A stretch of DNA of 41,330 nucleotides from an uncultured Lachnospiraceae bacterium. GTDB taxonomy: Bacteria > Bacillota > Clostridia > Lachnospirales > Lachnospiraceae. The stretch covers positions 1-41,330 of the forward strand of contig CADBUD010000076.1 of the NCBI GenBank assembly GCA_902797785.1, written 5' to 3'. The notes beneath the pieces are model-generated. The model saw nothing but the letters and a program-made list of their open reading frames with translations. It was not told the DNA's origin and ran no database searches. The position numbers were made by a program, and so were the translations under genes. Below are positions 1-9,395 of this stretch, one piece after another. Within the stretch, counting starts at the first letter, position 1; each line of letters starts with the position of its first letter.

Positions 1-27
1 CAGAATAGTAACAGAATAGGAGACAAT

Positions 28-837
28 ATGAAAATTGTTTTTTGGGGAGGAAATGCAGCGCATGTAGGAACGACCAGCAATATGCTCCTGGTCGCGCTTG
101 CAGCGGCACAGACCTATCAATATAAGACATTAATGGTGCAGTGCAGATTTGATTTAAATCCCATCGAGGGTGCACTGGTCGATAGAAAACAGCGGTGTCA
201 GATCAAGGAGGAGTATTCTTATCTTCGAAACCGGGGAATCGACTATCTGATACATAAAAGCAAATTTTGCGAGCTGACGGAGGAAGTAGTTCAACAGGTC
301 CTGGTCCCTGTCTGGTGCGACCGGGCATTTTACATTCCTTCTAGTGAAAAGCTTCACAAAGAGCTCTTTGAAAAGAATCTTTTCTATCAAATCAAAAATA
401 TCTCGACAGTCACAGAACGATTTGCCGACTTCACCTGTTTTGATGCAGGAAGCAGTTATGGAGAGCTGACGGAAGAAATCTTAAAATATGCCGACCGGAT
501 TATTGTGACCCTTCCACAGAATCCGGCCGTCTTAGATTCTTTTTTTTCCAGGCGGCAGAAATTTCAAGAAAAAATGCTGTACCTTATCGGGAACTATGAT
601 TATCATTCCACGTATAATGCAGGAAATATTCAAAGAATCTATCGGATTCCCAAAGATCGGCTGGGGGTCATTCCCTACAATGTCCGCTTCCAAAATGCAT
701 TTTATCAAGGCAGTCTGATTCGGTTTTTGGGAAAAAACCTGAACTGCAAAAGATTTCATGAAAATTATTATTTCGTCAAGGAGCTTCTGGCATCCGTCAA
801 AAAAATCATTCATCCGTTTCAAAATAACATCCAGTAA
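28..837 (+). CDS. hypothetical protein, ParA/MinD/CpaE-like fold with degenerate Walker A
   Basis: 269-aa ORF with GGAG about 8 nt upstream of the ATG. The N-terminus MKIVFWGGNAAHVGTTSN sits where MinD/ParA ATPases carry the deviant Walker A (KGGxGKT/S), but both lysines are missing. The later IIVTLPQNP resembles the hydrophobic strand of this fold. Family assignment is from memory, not searched. Confidence 0.4.
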   Translation: MKIVFWGGNAAHVGTTSNMLLVALAAAQTYQYKTLMVQCRFDLNPIEGALVDRKQRCQIKEEYSYLRNRGIDYLIHKSKFCELTEEVVQQVLVPVWCDRAFYIPSSEKLHKELFEKNLFYQIKNISTVTERFADFTCFDAGSSYGELTEEILKYADRIIVTLPQNPAVLDSFFSRRQKFQEKMLYLIGNYDYHSTYNAGNIQRIYRIPKDRLGVIPYNVRFQNAFYQGSLIRFLGKNLNCKRFHENYYFVKELLASVKKIIHPFQNNIQ

Positions 838-877
838 GAACAGTTCCTTAAATCAGAGCCTCAAAAGCAGAGGAATT

Positions 878-2167
878 CTAATCCGTCGGCACCGGGTCAC
901 CCAAAAATCGTATCCGTATTTTTTCAATCCGTCGTTTTTTCATTCGAAGGATTTCGAAATGAAGCAGTCCATCCGGAGAGGTGATTTTTTCGCCTGATTT
1001 TGGAAGATGACGGCAGAGTTCCATCAAATATCCGTTGATGGAATCATAGTTTTCAGAGGTTAGGGATACCGGAAGGAGCTCGTTTAGATCGTCTAACCGC
1101 GCAGAACCGTCTACGATAAAATCATGATCGGAGATTTTATGAATGGAATCCTCCTCATCATAATCATATTCATCACGGATTTCCCCTACGATTTCCTCTA
1201 AGAGATCTTCCAGGGTCAAAAGCCCGGCAGTGGCTCCATATTCATCCAGTACGATAGCAATATTGATGGAAGAATTCTTCATTTCCAGAAAAAGTTCCGC
1301 CGTGTTTTTATGTTCATAGGTGAAATATGCATCCCGGATATAGTCGCGGATGGAAAAGGATTTTTTTAGGGAAGGATCGGTACCATGATCTAAAAAAACA
1401 TCCTTGATATTTAAAATGCCGATGACATTGTCGGTGGATCCTTCATAGACCGGGAAACGGGTATATTTGTATTCCTTGAACAAGGCAAGCAATTCCGGAT
1501 AGCTTGACTGAACATCTAAAAAGGTCATATCGATTCGCGGAACCATAATATCTTTGGCATAAGTATCGCCAAAGTCGAATACATTATAAATCATCTGACG
1601 TTCTTCTGTTTCAATCACACCGTCTTCCTGGCTGACGGCTAAAATAGTACGAAGCTCTTTTTCGGTCATCAGACGTTTCTGTTTTCCTGCATCGATCTGG
1701 AGGATGCGGAGAAAAAAGACAGAAATATGATCGACCAGCCAGATCAAGGGAGTAAGCAGATGCATCAGAAGATGGATGCTGCCGCTGTAGGCCATAGAAA
1801 TAGAATCTGCATAGAGCGTGGCTAAGGTCTTTGGGATGATTTCTCCAAAGACTAGAATCAGGGCGGTCAAAATTCCGGTCGCAATACCGGCGGCGAAGCT
1901 TCCAAAGGCGCGGATGGCCAACGTAGTCATCAATGAGGAAGCAGAAAGATTTACAATATTATTGCCAATCAGAATAGCGCTCAGCATCTTGCCGGATTGC
2001 TCCGTAATGCGAAGAACCTTTGCGGCACGCTTGTTCCCATTCTCTGAAAGAGAGCGCATTTTGATTTTATTCACAGTAGTAAAAGCAGTTTCCGCAGAGG
2101 AAAAAAATGCAGATAGTAAGAGAAGAATCAGAAGAATGATTAAAGAGATAATATCAGCAGATTGCAA
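878..2167 (-). CDS. CNNM/DUF21-CBS-CorC_HlyC family membrane protein (hemolysin-family / putative divalent-cation efflux)
   Basis: 429-aa ORF with a TTG start and AAGGAG 11 nt upstream. Hydrophobic N-terminus carries the SAFFSSAETAFTT DUF21 signature. This is followed by a tandem CBS region and a C-terminal CorC/HlyC-like domain. Confidence 0.85.
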   Translation of the reverse strand: MQSADIISLIILLILLLLSAFFSSAETAFTTVNKIKMRSLSENGNKRAAKVLRITEQSGKMLSAILIGNNIVNLSASSLMTTLAIRAFGSFAAGIATGILTALILVFGEIIPKTLATLYADSISMAYSGSIHLLMHLLTPLIWLVDHISVFFLRILQIDAGKQKRLMTEKELRTILAVSQEDGVIETEERQMIYNVFDFGDTYAKDIMVPRIDMTFLDVQSSYPELLALFKEYKYTRFPVYEGSTDNVIGILNIKDVFLDHGTDPSLKKSFSIRDYIRDAYFTYEHKNTAELFLEMKNSSINIAIVLDEYGATAGLLTLEDLLEEIVGEIRDEYDYDEEDSIHKISDHDFIVDGSARLDDLNELLPVSLTSENYDSINGYLMELCRHLPKSGEKITSPDGLLHFEILRMKKRRIEKIRIRFLGDPVPTD

Positions 2168-2328
2168 AAACGAAACAACTCCTTCCTTAGGAAAAATCGA
2201 ACCAAAATCCCGTACATGAAGTACAGGCGATGTTGGGACAGTTCCTCAGCTTTCATAATTTTATGGGTTCTTTCTTATAAAAATAACGTATTTTTGAAAA
2301 AAAAGCAATAGAATCTGGAGAAAAACAC

Positions 2329-2357
2329 TTGCAATTATGAATTGAACGTGTTATTCT
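2329..2357 (+). promoter_or_regulatory. sigma-A type promoter for the rimP-nusA-infB operon
   Basis: TTGCAA (2329-2334), 17-nt spacer, TGtTATTCT extended -10 (2349-2357). Lies about 90 nt upstream of the rimP ATG. Confidence 0.45.
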
Positions 2358-2384
2358 ATAAAAAGTTTATGATGTTAGATGCGA

Positions 2385-2419
2385 AAGAGTGGGCGGTTGT
2401 CCACTCTTCTCTATTTTGG
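2385..2419 (+). promoter_or_regulatory. leader hairpin with interrupted U-tract (candidate attenuator upstream of rimP)
   Basis: AAGAGTGG (2385-2392) pairs with CCACTCTT (2401-2408) around an 8-nt loop, followed by CTCTATTTTGG. Sits between the predicted TSS and the rimP RBS (GGGAGGAGAG). Confidence 0.3.
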
Positions 2420-2444
2420 AAAAGAAGGGAGGAGAGATATCGGT

Positions 2445-2897
2445 ATGTCAAAGCATGAGGAATATGAACAGCGTCTGGAGCGGATTTTGCTGCCGATTTT
2501 GGAAGAGCATCAATTTGAGCTGGTCGATACCGAATATGTAAAAGAGGGAAGCGACTGGTATTTACGTGCATATATTGATAAGCCGGGTGGGATTACAGTA
2601 GATGACTGTGAAGTCGTGAGCCGTGCGGCAGATGAGATCCTGGATCGTGAAAATTTTGTGGAGGATGCTTATATTTTTGAAGTGAGCTCTCCAGGGCTTG
2701 GAAGACCATTAAAAAAAGAAAAGGATTTTAAACGCAGTCTCGGGCAAGAGGTCGAAGGGAAGCTCTACCGGGCAATAGACAAAAAAAAGGAGTTCCGTGG
2801 GATTTTGACCGCATATGATCAGGATACGGTAACTATCGATGACAGTTGCTTTTTGAGAAAAGATATCGCATTGATCCGGCTTGCGTTTGATTTTTAG
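2445..2897 (+). CDS. rimP: ribosome maturation factor RimP
   Basis: ATG at 2445 is preceded by GAAGGGAGGAGAG. The product MSKHEEYEQRLERILLPILEEHQFELVDTEYVKEGSDWYLRAYIDKPGGI is typical RimP, and the gene sits immediately upstream of nusA. The ORF-track start at 2379 looks like an artefactual extension. Confidence 0.9.
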   Translation: MSKHEEYEQRLERILLPILEEHQFELVDTEYVKEGSDWYLRAYIDKPGGITVDDCEVVSRAADEILDRENFVEDAYIFEVSSPGLGRPLKKEKDFKRSLGQEVEGKLYRAIDKKKEFRGILTAYDQDTVTIDDSCFLRKDIALIRLAFDF

Positions 2898-2986
2898 GAA
2901 CTGTGCGAAAATAACCTATACATTTCGCACTGAATTTGTTACTATTCACAGCTTCGCTGTTTATCGTAACAAAATGCACTGTTCCT
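2896..2986. repeat. nested inverted repeats in the rimP-nusA spacer, containing the dispersed 15-mer GTTACTATTCACAGC (2938-2952)
   Basis: Outer arms AGGAACTGTGC (2896-2906) / GCACTGTTCCT (2976-2986), one mismatch. Competing hairpin GTGCGAAA (2903-2910) / TTTCGCAC (2923-2930). Central palindrome TTTGTTAC (2935-2942) / GTAACAAA (2966-2973), enclosing ACAGC-ttc-GCTGT (2948-2960). Confidence 0.7.
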
Positions 2987-3040
2987 TAGATAGGGGAAAA
3001 CAGTCAGATATGAACTGGCATTTATTTAGGAGGAAAGAAA

Positions 3041-4303
3041 ATGAATAACGAGTTATATGAGGCACTGACTCTTTTGGAAAAAGAGAAAAACATCAGTAAA
3101 GATACGCTTCTAGAGGCAATTGAGAATTCTTTGATCACAGCCTGTAAAAATCATTTTGGAAAATCAGAGAATATGCATGTAAATATTGATAAGGAGACCT
3201 GTGAGTTTGAAGTTTATGCGGAAAAGACCGTTGTGGAAGAGGTCGAGGATCCGGTGACGCAGATCAGTCTGACAGAGGCGAGAATGAAAAATGCAAGGTA
3301 TGAATTAGGGGATATCGTCAGGATACCAATCAAGTCAAAAGAGTTCGGGAGAATTGCTACGACCAATGCCAAAAACGTTATTCTTCAGAAAATCCGAGAA
3401 GAGGAAAGAAAAGTCCTGTTCGAACAGTATTATGAAAAGCAGAGAGATATTGTGACCGGAATCATTCAAAGAAGAAATAATAACAATATTAGTGTAAATA
3501 TTGGAAAGGTAGACGCTATCCTTAGTGACAAGGAGCAGGTGCGAAATGAAAAATATCTGCCAAATATGCGCTTAAAGCTTTATGTACTGGAGGTAAAGGA
3601 TACGACTAAGGGACCTAGAATCTTAGTTTCCAGAACACATCCGGAATTTGTAAAGCGTCTGTTCGAAGAAGAGGTCACGGAGGTCCGCGACGGAATCGTT
3701 GAGATCAAAAGTGTTGCAAGAGAGGCAGGCTCCCGAACCAAAATGGCAGTGTTTTCCAATGACCCAAATGTAGACCCGGTCGGAGCCTGTGTTGGATTGA
3801 ACGGTTCAAGGGTCAATGCTATCGTCAAGGAACTTCGTGGAGAAAAAATCGATATTATTAATTGGAGTGATAATTGTGCCGTATTAATTGAAAATGCGCT
3901 GAGTCCGGCCAAGGTCATTTTGGTCAGTGCTGATTCGGATGAAAAAACGGCGCAGGTCATCGTTCCGGATTATCAGCTTTCTTTGGCAATCGGAAAAGAA
4001 GGACAGAATGCCAGACTGGCAGCAAAACTGACCGGTTTTAAGATTGATATCAAGAGTGAAACACAGGCCAGGGAAGCAGGAGAGCTGGATGAATTCTACG
4101 GAAACGGATATTATGATGAGAATGGGGAATATACGGAGTACGAGGATTATGATTTCGAGGGAGAATATTACGAGGATGATGAATACGGGGAAACAGCTTA
4201 TGAGCCGGGGGAAGATGATCCTGAGGAGTTTGAATCGGAGCCGGAATCTTCAGAAGAGTATGGTGAGGCAATGCCGGAAGAGTTAGAAAGTGATGAGCAG
4301 TAA
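3041..4303 (+). CDS. nusA: transcription termination/antitermination factor NusA
   Basis: 420 aa with AGGAGG RBS. Contains the N-terminal NusA domain, an S1 region, KH1/KH2 (VGACVGLNGSRV..., LAIGKEGQNARLA), and a ~73-aa Asp/Glu/Tyr-rich C-terminal tail. Conserved position after rimP. Confidence 0.95.
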   Translation: MNNELYEALTLLEKEKNISKDTLLEAIENSLITACKNHFGKSENMHVNIDKETCEFEVYAEKTVVEEVEDPVTQISLTEARMKNARYELGDIVRIPIKSKEFGRIATTNAKNVILQKIREEERKVLFEQYYEKQRDIVTGIIQRRNNNNISVNIGKVDAILSDKEQVRNEKYLPNMRLKLYVLEVKDTTKGPRILVSRTHPEFVKRLFEEEVTEVRDGIVEIKSVAREAGSRTKMAVFSNDPNVDPVGACVGLNGSRVNAIVKELRGEKIDIINWSDNCAVLIENALSPAKVILVSADSDEKTAQVIVPDYQLSLAIGKEGQNARLAAKLTGFKIDIKSETQAREAGELDEFYGNGYYDENGEYTEYEDYDFEGEYYEDDEYGETAYEPGEDDPEEFESEPESSEEYGEAMPEELESDEQ

Positions 4304-4618
4304 ATGCGTCAGAAAGAGAGAAGTATGAGCACAGCAAAAAGAATTCCGTTAAGAAAATGTGTCGGATGTGGAGAAATGAAAAACAAAAAGGAATTGATCC
4401 GGGTGTTGAAAACGACAGAGGAAGAGACCAAAAAGGAGATTCTTTTGGTGGATGCGACCGGCAGAAAAAACGGAAGAGGCGCCTATTTATGCGCCGATAT
4501 GGAATGCTTTAATAAGGCAAAAAAGAATCATGGCTTGGAACGGTCATTAAAGACATCGATTCCGCCGGAGATTTATGAATACCTGACTGAGGAGATGAAG
4601 AAGCTTGGAGCGAGATAG
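4304..4618 (+). CDS. ylxR: YlxR/RnpM family RNA-binding protein (DUF448)
   Basis: Carries PLRKCVGCGEMKNKKELIRV ... GRGAYLC, the YlxR signature, at the conserved position between nusA and the L7Ae-like gene. The start could be 4304 or the ATG at 4325. Confidence 0.85.
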   Translation: MRQKERSMSTAKRIPLRKCVGCGEMKNKKELIRVLKTTEEETKKEILLVDATGRKNGRGAYLCADMECFNKAKKNHGLERSLKTSIPPEIYEYLTEEMKKLGAR

Positions 4619-4961
4619 AGTATTATCTATGCTGGGCCTTGCAAAGCGCTCTGGAAATATTGCCAGCGGAGAGTTTATGACAGAGAAAATGATCAAGGCA
4701 GGAAAAGCATATTTGGTCGTAGTGGCGGATGATGCGTCAGCAAATACGAAGAAGATGTTTCAGAACAAATGTCATTTTTATCATGTACCCATCTACTGCT
4801 ATGGAGATATGGACTTGTTGGGGCATGCAATTGGAAATGAAAGTAGGGCTTCATTAGCAGTATTGGATCAGGGGCTGGCACAATCCATTCAGGATAGATT
4901 AGAGGAAAAAAATAGAAAAGAAAATGGAGGGACCGTGTATGGCGAACATCAGAGTACATGA
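4605..4961 (+). CDS. ylxQ: L7Ae/L30e-family ribosome-associated protein YlxQ
   Basis: [14 protein letters not shown] ... [16 protein letters not shown] is typical of YlxQ. TTG start with GAGGAG 9 nt upstream; an ATG at 4629 is the alternative. The 3' end overlaps the infB start by 23 nt. Confidence 0.8.
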   Translation: MERDRVLSMLGLAKRSGNIASGEFMTEKMIKAGKAYLVVVADDASANTKKMFQNKCHFYHVPIYCYGDMDLLGHAIGNESRASLAVLDQGLAQSIQDRLEEKNRKENGGTVYGEHQST

Positions 4962-7900
4962 ATTGGCAAGGAAAATCGGGAAAACATCAAGGGAGGTTCT
5001 GCAGTTTTTAGCAGTTCATCAGATCGATGTCAAAAGTCATCAAAGTACCTTAACGCCAGAACAGGCAGATATGGTACAGAGCAGCTTTGAAAAACTGAAT
5101 CAGTCAGAAGCAAAAAAGGGAAAAGAGGGCAAACCAGAGCAGTCAGCAGAAAAGATAGAGAAAAAAGAGAGTAGAAGTAAACTGGAGGGCAAAAACCCAG
5201 AGGAGACGAACGTGGAAGAAAAAAAATCAGAAAAACCAGAGGAAACAAAGAAGCCAAATATTACCAGGGTATTTCACCCACAGAACAGCAACAATAAAAA
5301 TGTTGTATTTCATCCGCAGAACAGCACAATGAAGCCGCAGAGACGTCCGGCCAAAAAACGTCCTGAGGAGCAGAAAGCAAAGGATGTACCGGCAGAAAAG
5401 AAGGGTGGAGCCATTCGGAAAAATCCGGAAGAACATAAGGGCATTCCGGCACCGATCAAGGCAGTGGAAAAAGCAGTAGAAAAACTGGTTCAAAAGACAG
5501 AGCAGAAGGTCGCAGCCAAAACCAATCCTGCAGTGAATGCAGAACCAAAGAATGCAGCAAAAACTGCTGGAAGCGCAGAACAGAAGAATATAGCAAAGCC
5601 GACAGCAAATGCCGAGTCAAAGAATGTGGGAAAACCTGCAGGCAGCACAGAACAGAAGAATGCCGCAAGACCGGCAGCGAACGCAGAGCAGAAAAACACC
5701 TCCAGATCAGGGGCTGAAGGCAGAAATTCGTCCAGATCATCTCAACATGGGTATGAGAAACGTTCGTCAAATTCAGAGAGAAATCAAAATCGCGGGGGAC
5801 GCAGCGGCAGCGATGGAAGAAACCGCACAAATCGTTTTAATAACGGAGAAGGCCGTGGTGAGAACCGCGGAGGAAACCGCTTCAATAACGGAGAAGGACG
5901 CGGAGAAAACCGTGGAGGAAACCGTTTCAATAATGGAGATGGACGGAATAATAGGGATAATAAAGGGGGACGCTTTGGCGGAGGGAACCGCGGCATGAGC
6001 AATTTAGACCGCGGAATCAATAAGATGTACCAGGAAGAAATGAAGCCATCCGGTCAGGAGCGGAACAAAAAGAACCAGAACGATAAAGAACGTGATCGGG
6101 AAAGAGAAAATAGAAAAAATAACAAAAACAGTGGACACGAGGATCTGTTCTACGGCAAGGGACAAAAGAATAATACGAAAAAGAAGCCGGCAGGACAGCC
6201 GAAGAAACCGGAGAAGAAAGAAGAGACAATCAAAAATATCATTATTCCGGAGTCCCTGACAGTTCGGGAGTTAGGAGAAAAAATGAAGGTTTCTGCTTCC
6301 GAGATTATCAAAAAGCTGTTCCTTCAGGGAAAGGTCGTAACCGTAAATCAGGAAATCGATTTTGACCAGGCAGAGGAGATCGCTCTGGAATTCAACTGTA
6401 TCGCTGAACTGGAGGAAAAGGTCGATGTTATCGAAGAACTCCTTCGGGAGGAGGAAGAGGACGAATCCAAGATGGTAAAACGTCCGCCGGTTGTCTGCGT
6501 TATGGGTCATGTCGATCACGGAAAGACTTCTCTTTTGGATGCGATTCGTAATTCTCATGTCATCGACCGCGAGGCAGGAGGAATTACACAGCATATTGGT
6601 GCTTATGTGGTGGATGTCAATGGAGATAAGATTACTTTCTTAGATACCCCGGGACATGAGGCGTTTACAGCAATGCGTATGAGAGGAGCGAATTCGACGG
6701 ATATCGCCATCCTGGTCGTGGCAGCAGATGACGGTGTCATGCCGCAGACAGTTGAGGCAATCAACCATGCCAAAGCGGCCGGTGTAGAGATTATTGTTGC
6801 TGTAAATAAAATCGATAAGCCGGGAGCAAATATTGAACGGGTAAAACAGGAGCTTTCAGAGTACCAGTTGATTTCAGAGGATTGGGGCGGTACGACCATT
6901 TTTGTTCCGGTTTCCGCGAAGACACATGAGGGAATCGACAATCTCTTAGAGATGATTTTATTAACTGCTGAAATGTGCGAATTAAAAGCCAATCCAAAGA
7001 GAAATGCGAGAGGTCTGATCATTGAGGCAAAAATTGATAAGGGAAAAGGAACCGTGGCAACAGTTCTGGTTCAGAAAGGTACCTTGAAGGTCGGAGATCC
7101 AATCGCAGCAGGTCCATGTTATGGTAAGGTTCGTGCGATGATGGACGATAAGGGACGCAGAGTGAAAAAGGCAGGGCCTTCTACTCCGGTGGAGATCCTA
7201 GGACTCAGCGATGTCCCAGAAGCAGGAGAGACCTTTGTTGCCTTTGATAATGAGAAAGAGGCAAGAAGCTTCTCTGATGCTTATGTTTCCCAGAATAAAG
7301 CAAAACTGATTGAAGATTCCAAGATGAAAATGTCATTAGACGATCTGTTCTCACAGATTCAGGCAGGCAACTTAAAAGAGCTGAACCTGATTTTAAAGGC
7401 AGACGTTCAGGGATCGGTAGAAGCATTGAAACAGAGTCTCTTAAAGCTTTCGAATGAAGAAGTCGTAGTCAAGATCATCCATGCGGGAGTCGGTGCAATC
7501 AATGAATCAGACGTCAGTCTGGCAAGCGCATCCAATGCAATCATCATCGGCTTCAATATTCGTGTTGATGCAATGGCAAAATCCACGGCAGAGCATGAGG
7601 GAGTAGATGTTCGTCTGTATAAGGTTATTTACAATGCGATTGAAGATATTCAGTCTGCGATGAAGGGAATGTTAGAGCCGGTATATGAAGAAAAAGTACT
7701 TGGCCATGCAGAGATTCGTCAGATTTTCAAATCCTCCCAGACAGGAAAAATTGCCGGATCCTACGTGCTGGATGGTGTGTTCGAACGTGATTGTTCCATT
7801 CGTTTGTCCCGTGAGGGAGAACAGATCTACGAAGGAAAGCTGGCATCCTTAAAGAGGTTCAAGGATGATGTGAAAGAGGTCAAGGCTGGTTTCGAATGTG

Positions 7901-7983
7901 GTCTTGTTTTTGAAGGTTTTGATGCCATCGAAGAAGGAGACAGCATCGAGGCATATACGATGGTAGAAGTGGAGAGAAAATGA
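4939..7983 (+). CDS. infB: translation initiation factor IF-2
   Basis: ATG at 4939 follows GGAGGG. The N-terminus [15 protein letters not shown] is the IF2_N motif. G domain present ([26 protein letters not shown]), with conserved C-terminal domains. A long low-complexity linker lies between the N-terminus and the G domain. Confidence 0.95.
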   Translation: MANIRVHELARKIGKTSREVLQFLAVHQIDVKSHQSTLTPEQADMVQSSFEKLNQSEAKKGKEGKPEQSAEKIEKKESRSKLEGKNPEETNVEEKKSEKPEETKKPNITRVFHPQNSNNKNVVFHPQNSTMKPQRRPAKKRPEEQKAKDVPAEKKGGAIRKNPEEHKGIPAPIKAVEKAVEKLVQKTEQKVAAKTNPAVNAEPKNAAKTAGSAEQKNIAKPTANAESKNVGKPAGSTEQKNAARPAANAEQKNTSRSGAEGRNSSRSSQHGYEKRSSNSERNQNRGGRSGSDGRNRTNRFNNGEGRGENRGGNRFNNGEGRGENRGGNRFNNGDGRNNRDNKGGRFGGGNRGMSNLDRGINKMYQEEMKPSGQERNKKNQNDKERDRERENRKNNKNSGHEDLFYGKGQKNNTKKKPAGQPKKPEKKEETIKNIIIPESLTVRELGEKMKVSASEIIKKLFLQGKVVTVNQEIDFDQAEEIALEFNCIAELEEKVDVIEELLREEEEDESKMVKRPPVVCVMGHVDHGKTSLLDAIRNSHVIDREAGGITQHIGAYVVDVNGDKITFLDTPGHEAFTAMRMRGANSTDIAILVVAADDGVMPQTVEAINHAKAAGVEIIVAVNKIDKPGANIERVKQELSEYQLISEDWGGTTIFVPVSAKTHEGIDNLLEMILLTAEMCELKANPKRNARGLIIEAKIDKGKGTVATVLVQKGTLKVGDPIAAGPCYGKVRAMMDDKGRRVKKAGPSTPVEILGLSDVPEAGETFVAFDNEKEARSFSDAYVSQNKAKLIEDSKMKMSLDDLFSQIQAGNLKELNLILKADVQGSVEALKQSLLKLSNEEVVVKIIHAGVGAINESDVSLASASNAIIIGFNIRVDAMAKSTAEHEGVDVRLYKVIYNAIEDIQSAMKGMLEPVYEEKVLGHAEIRQIFKSSQTGKIAGSYVLDGVFERDCSIRLSREGEQIYEGKLASLKRFKDDVKEVKAGFECGLVFEGFDAIEEGDSIEAYTMVEVERK
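5539..5718 (+). repeat. in-frame tandem repeat, 5 x 36 nt, inside the infB N-terminal linker
   Basis: Five consecutive 12-aa units: [12 protein letters not shown] / [12 protein letters not shown] / [12 protein letters not shown] / [12 protein letters not shown] / [12 protein letters not shown]. Confidence 0.85.
5830..5946 (+). repeat. in-frame tandem repeat, about 2.6 x 45 nt, inside the infB N-terminal linker
   Basis: [15 protein letters not shown] occurs at 5830-5874 and again at 5875-5919, followed by a partial NRFNNGDGR. The DNA copies differ mainly at third codon positions. Confidence 0.85.
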
Positions 7984-8348
7984 GAAAAAACAGTATAAAA
8001 AATATCAGGATCAATGAAGAAGTGATGCATGAGCTTTCCAATATCATCCGCAATGATATCAAAGATCCGAGGCTTCCTATGATGACTTCTGTCGTCAAGG
8101 TCGATGTCGCACCGGATTTAAAGACAGCGAAAGCTTATATCAGTGTTCTTGGAACAGAAGAGGAAAAAAAGAACTCCATTCTTGCGTTAAAAAGTGCATC
8201 TGGCTTTATAAAAAGTCAGCTGGCAAGAAAGATAAATTTAAGAAACACCCCACAGATTCAGTTTATTTTAGATGATTCGATCGAATATGGAGTGACGATG
8301 TCGAAGCTGATCGACGAGGTAAATCACCCTTTGGCAGATCAAAGGTAA
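7980..8348 (+). CDS. rbfA: ribosome-binding factor A
   Basis: ATGA overlap with the infB stop. The 122-aa product carries the [23 protein letters not shown] RbfA signature, at the conserved position. Confidence 0.9.
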   Translation: MRKNSIKNIRINEEVMHELSNIIRNDIKDPRLPMMTSVVKVDVAPDLKTAKAYISVLGTEEEKKNSILALKSASGFIKSQLARKINLRNTPQIQFILDDSIEYGVTMSKLIDEVNHPLADQR

Positions 8349-8384
8349 GAAGAGAGTTCTGGATCAGGAAATGGAGATGACAGA

Positions 8385-9374
8385 ATGGAAAAAATTAATG
8401 AAATCTTAAAAGATGTAGGAACAGTTGCAATTGCCGGTCATAAAAATCCGGATGGAGACTGCGCAGGCTCGACCCTGGGCCTGTATAATTATCTGGTAGA
8501 ATATTATCCACAGCTTCAGGTCGATCTGTATCTGGAGAATCTTCCAGACTCCTTTCGGTTTTTAAAACGGTCGGATCAGATCTTACATACATTAAAAGAA
8601 GATATTGTTTATGACCTGTTCATTGCCCTTGATTGTGGAGATACGGGACGATTAGGAGAGTTCTATCCGGCGTTTGAATCAGCGAAGCGCACCTGCTGTA
8701 TCGACCATCACATCAGTAATTTTGGTTTTTCAGATGTACCTCATATCTATCCGCAGAAAAGCTCTACGGCCGAACTGATTTATGAACTTCTGGAACCGGA
8801 AAAGATAACCAAGGAAATAGCAGAGTGTATCTATTTGGGAATAGTACATGATACCGGCGTTTTTCAGTACAATAGCACAAGTCCAAAGACGATGAGAATT
8901 GCGGCAAAGCTGATGGAAACGGGAATTGACTACTCAAAGATTATTGATGAGACCTATTACAAAAAGACCTATGCCCAGAATCAGATTCTTGGCAGGGCTC
9001 TGTTAGAGAGCATGATGATCTATGACAACAAGTGTATTTTCAGTGTGCTGAAACAAAGTGATTTAAAGTTTCATGGTGTGGAACCAAAAGATTTGGATGG
9101 AATCGTGAACCAGCTTCGAATCACAAAGGACGTCGAGGTAGCAATGCTGATATATGAAGTGGGACTTCAGGAGTATAAGGTCAGTCTGCGTTCTAATGGA
9201 AGGATCAATGTGGAAACCATTGCTTCTCATTTTGGAGGAGGTGGTCATGTACGGGCAGCCGGTTGTACCATGACAGGCTCACCGCATGATGTGATCAATA
9301 ATCTCACCCTTCAGATGGAGCCGCAGATGAAGCCTTTGCTGGAAGAGGAAAGTACTACCATTATGACGCAGTGA
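8385..9374 (+). CDS. nrnA: DHH/DHHA1 phosphoesterase (NrnA-type oligoribonuclease / pAp phosphatase)
   Basis: 329 aa with motifs GHKNPDGD, ALDCGD, DHH (CIDHHISN) and GGGGH (DHHA1). Position between rbfA and truB is common in Firmicutes. Confidence 0.8.
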   Translation: MEKINEILKDVGTVAIAGHKNPDGDCAGSTLGLYNYLVEYYPQLQVDLYLENLPDSFRFLKRSDQILHTLKEDIVYDLFIALDCGDTGRLGEFYPAFESAKRTCCIDHHISNFGFSDVPHIYPQKSSTAELIYELLEPEKITKEIAECIYLGIVHDTGVFQYNSTSPKTMRIAAKLMETGIDYSKIIDETYYKKTYAQNQILGRALLESMMIYDNKCIFSVLKQSDLKFHGVEPKDLDGIVNQLRITKDVEVAMLIYEVGLQEYKVSLRSNGRINVETIASHFGGGGHVRAAGCTMTGSPHDVINNLTLQMEPQMKPLLEEESTTIMTQ

Positions 9375-9395
9375 ATGCGTCGGGAAGGGAAAAGT

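Noticed and set aside
2935-2973. Rex (TTGTGAA-N4-TTCACAA), CRP/FNR (TGTGA-N6-TCACA), BirA or TnrA-type operator interpretation of TTGTTACTATTCACAGC
   Set aside because: The half-site spacing is wrong: TTCACA starts 2 nt too early for Rex. Other copies of the motif lack the TTGT half, and no second TCACA half-site lies at N6. The gene context (rimP-nusA) also does not fit.
5030-6229. Cluster of antisense and alternative-frame ORFs (63-129 aa) across the infB N-terminal region
   Set aside because: They lie inside the purine-rich, repetitive low-complexity linker of a confidently identified infB. That composition suppresses stop codons in other frames. None has an RBS, and the translations are low-complexity (Pro/Arg/Phe/Ser runs).
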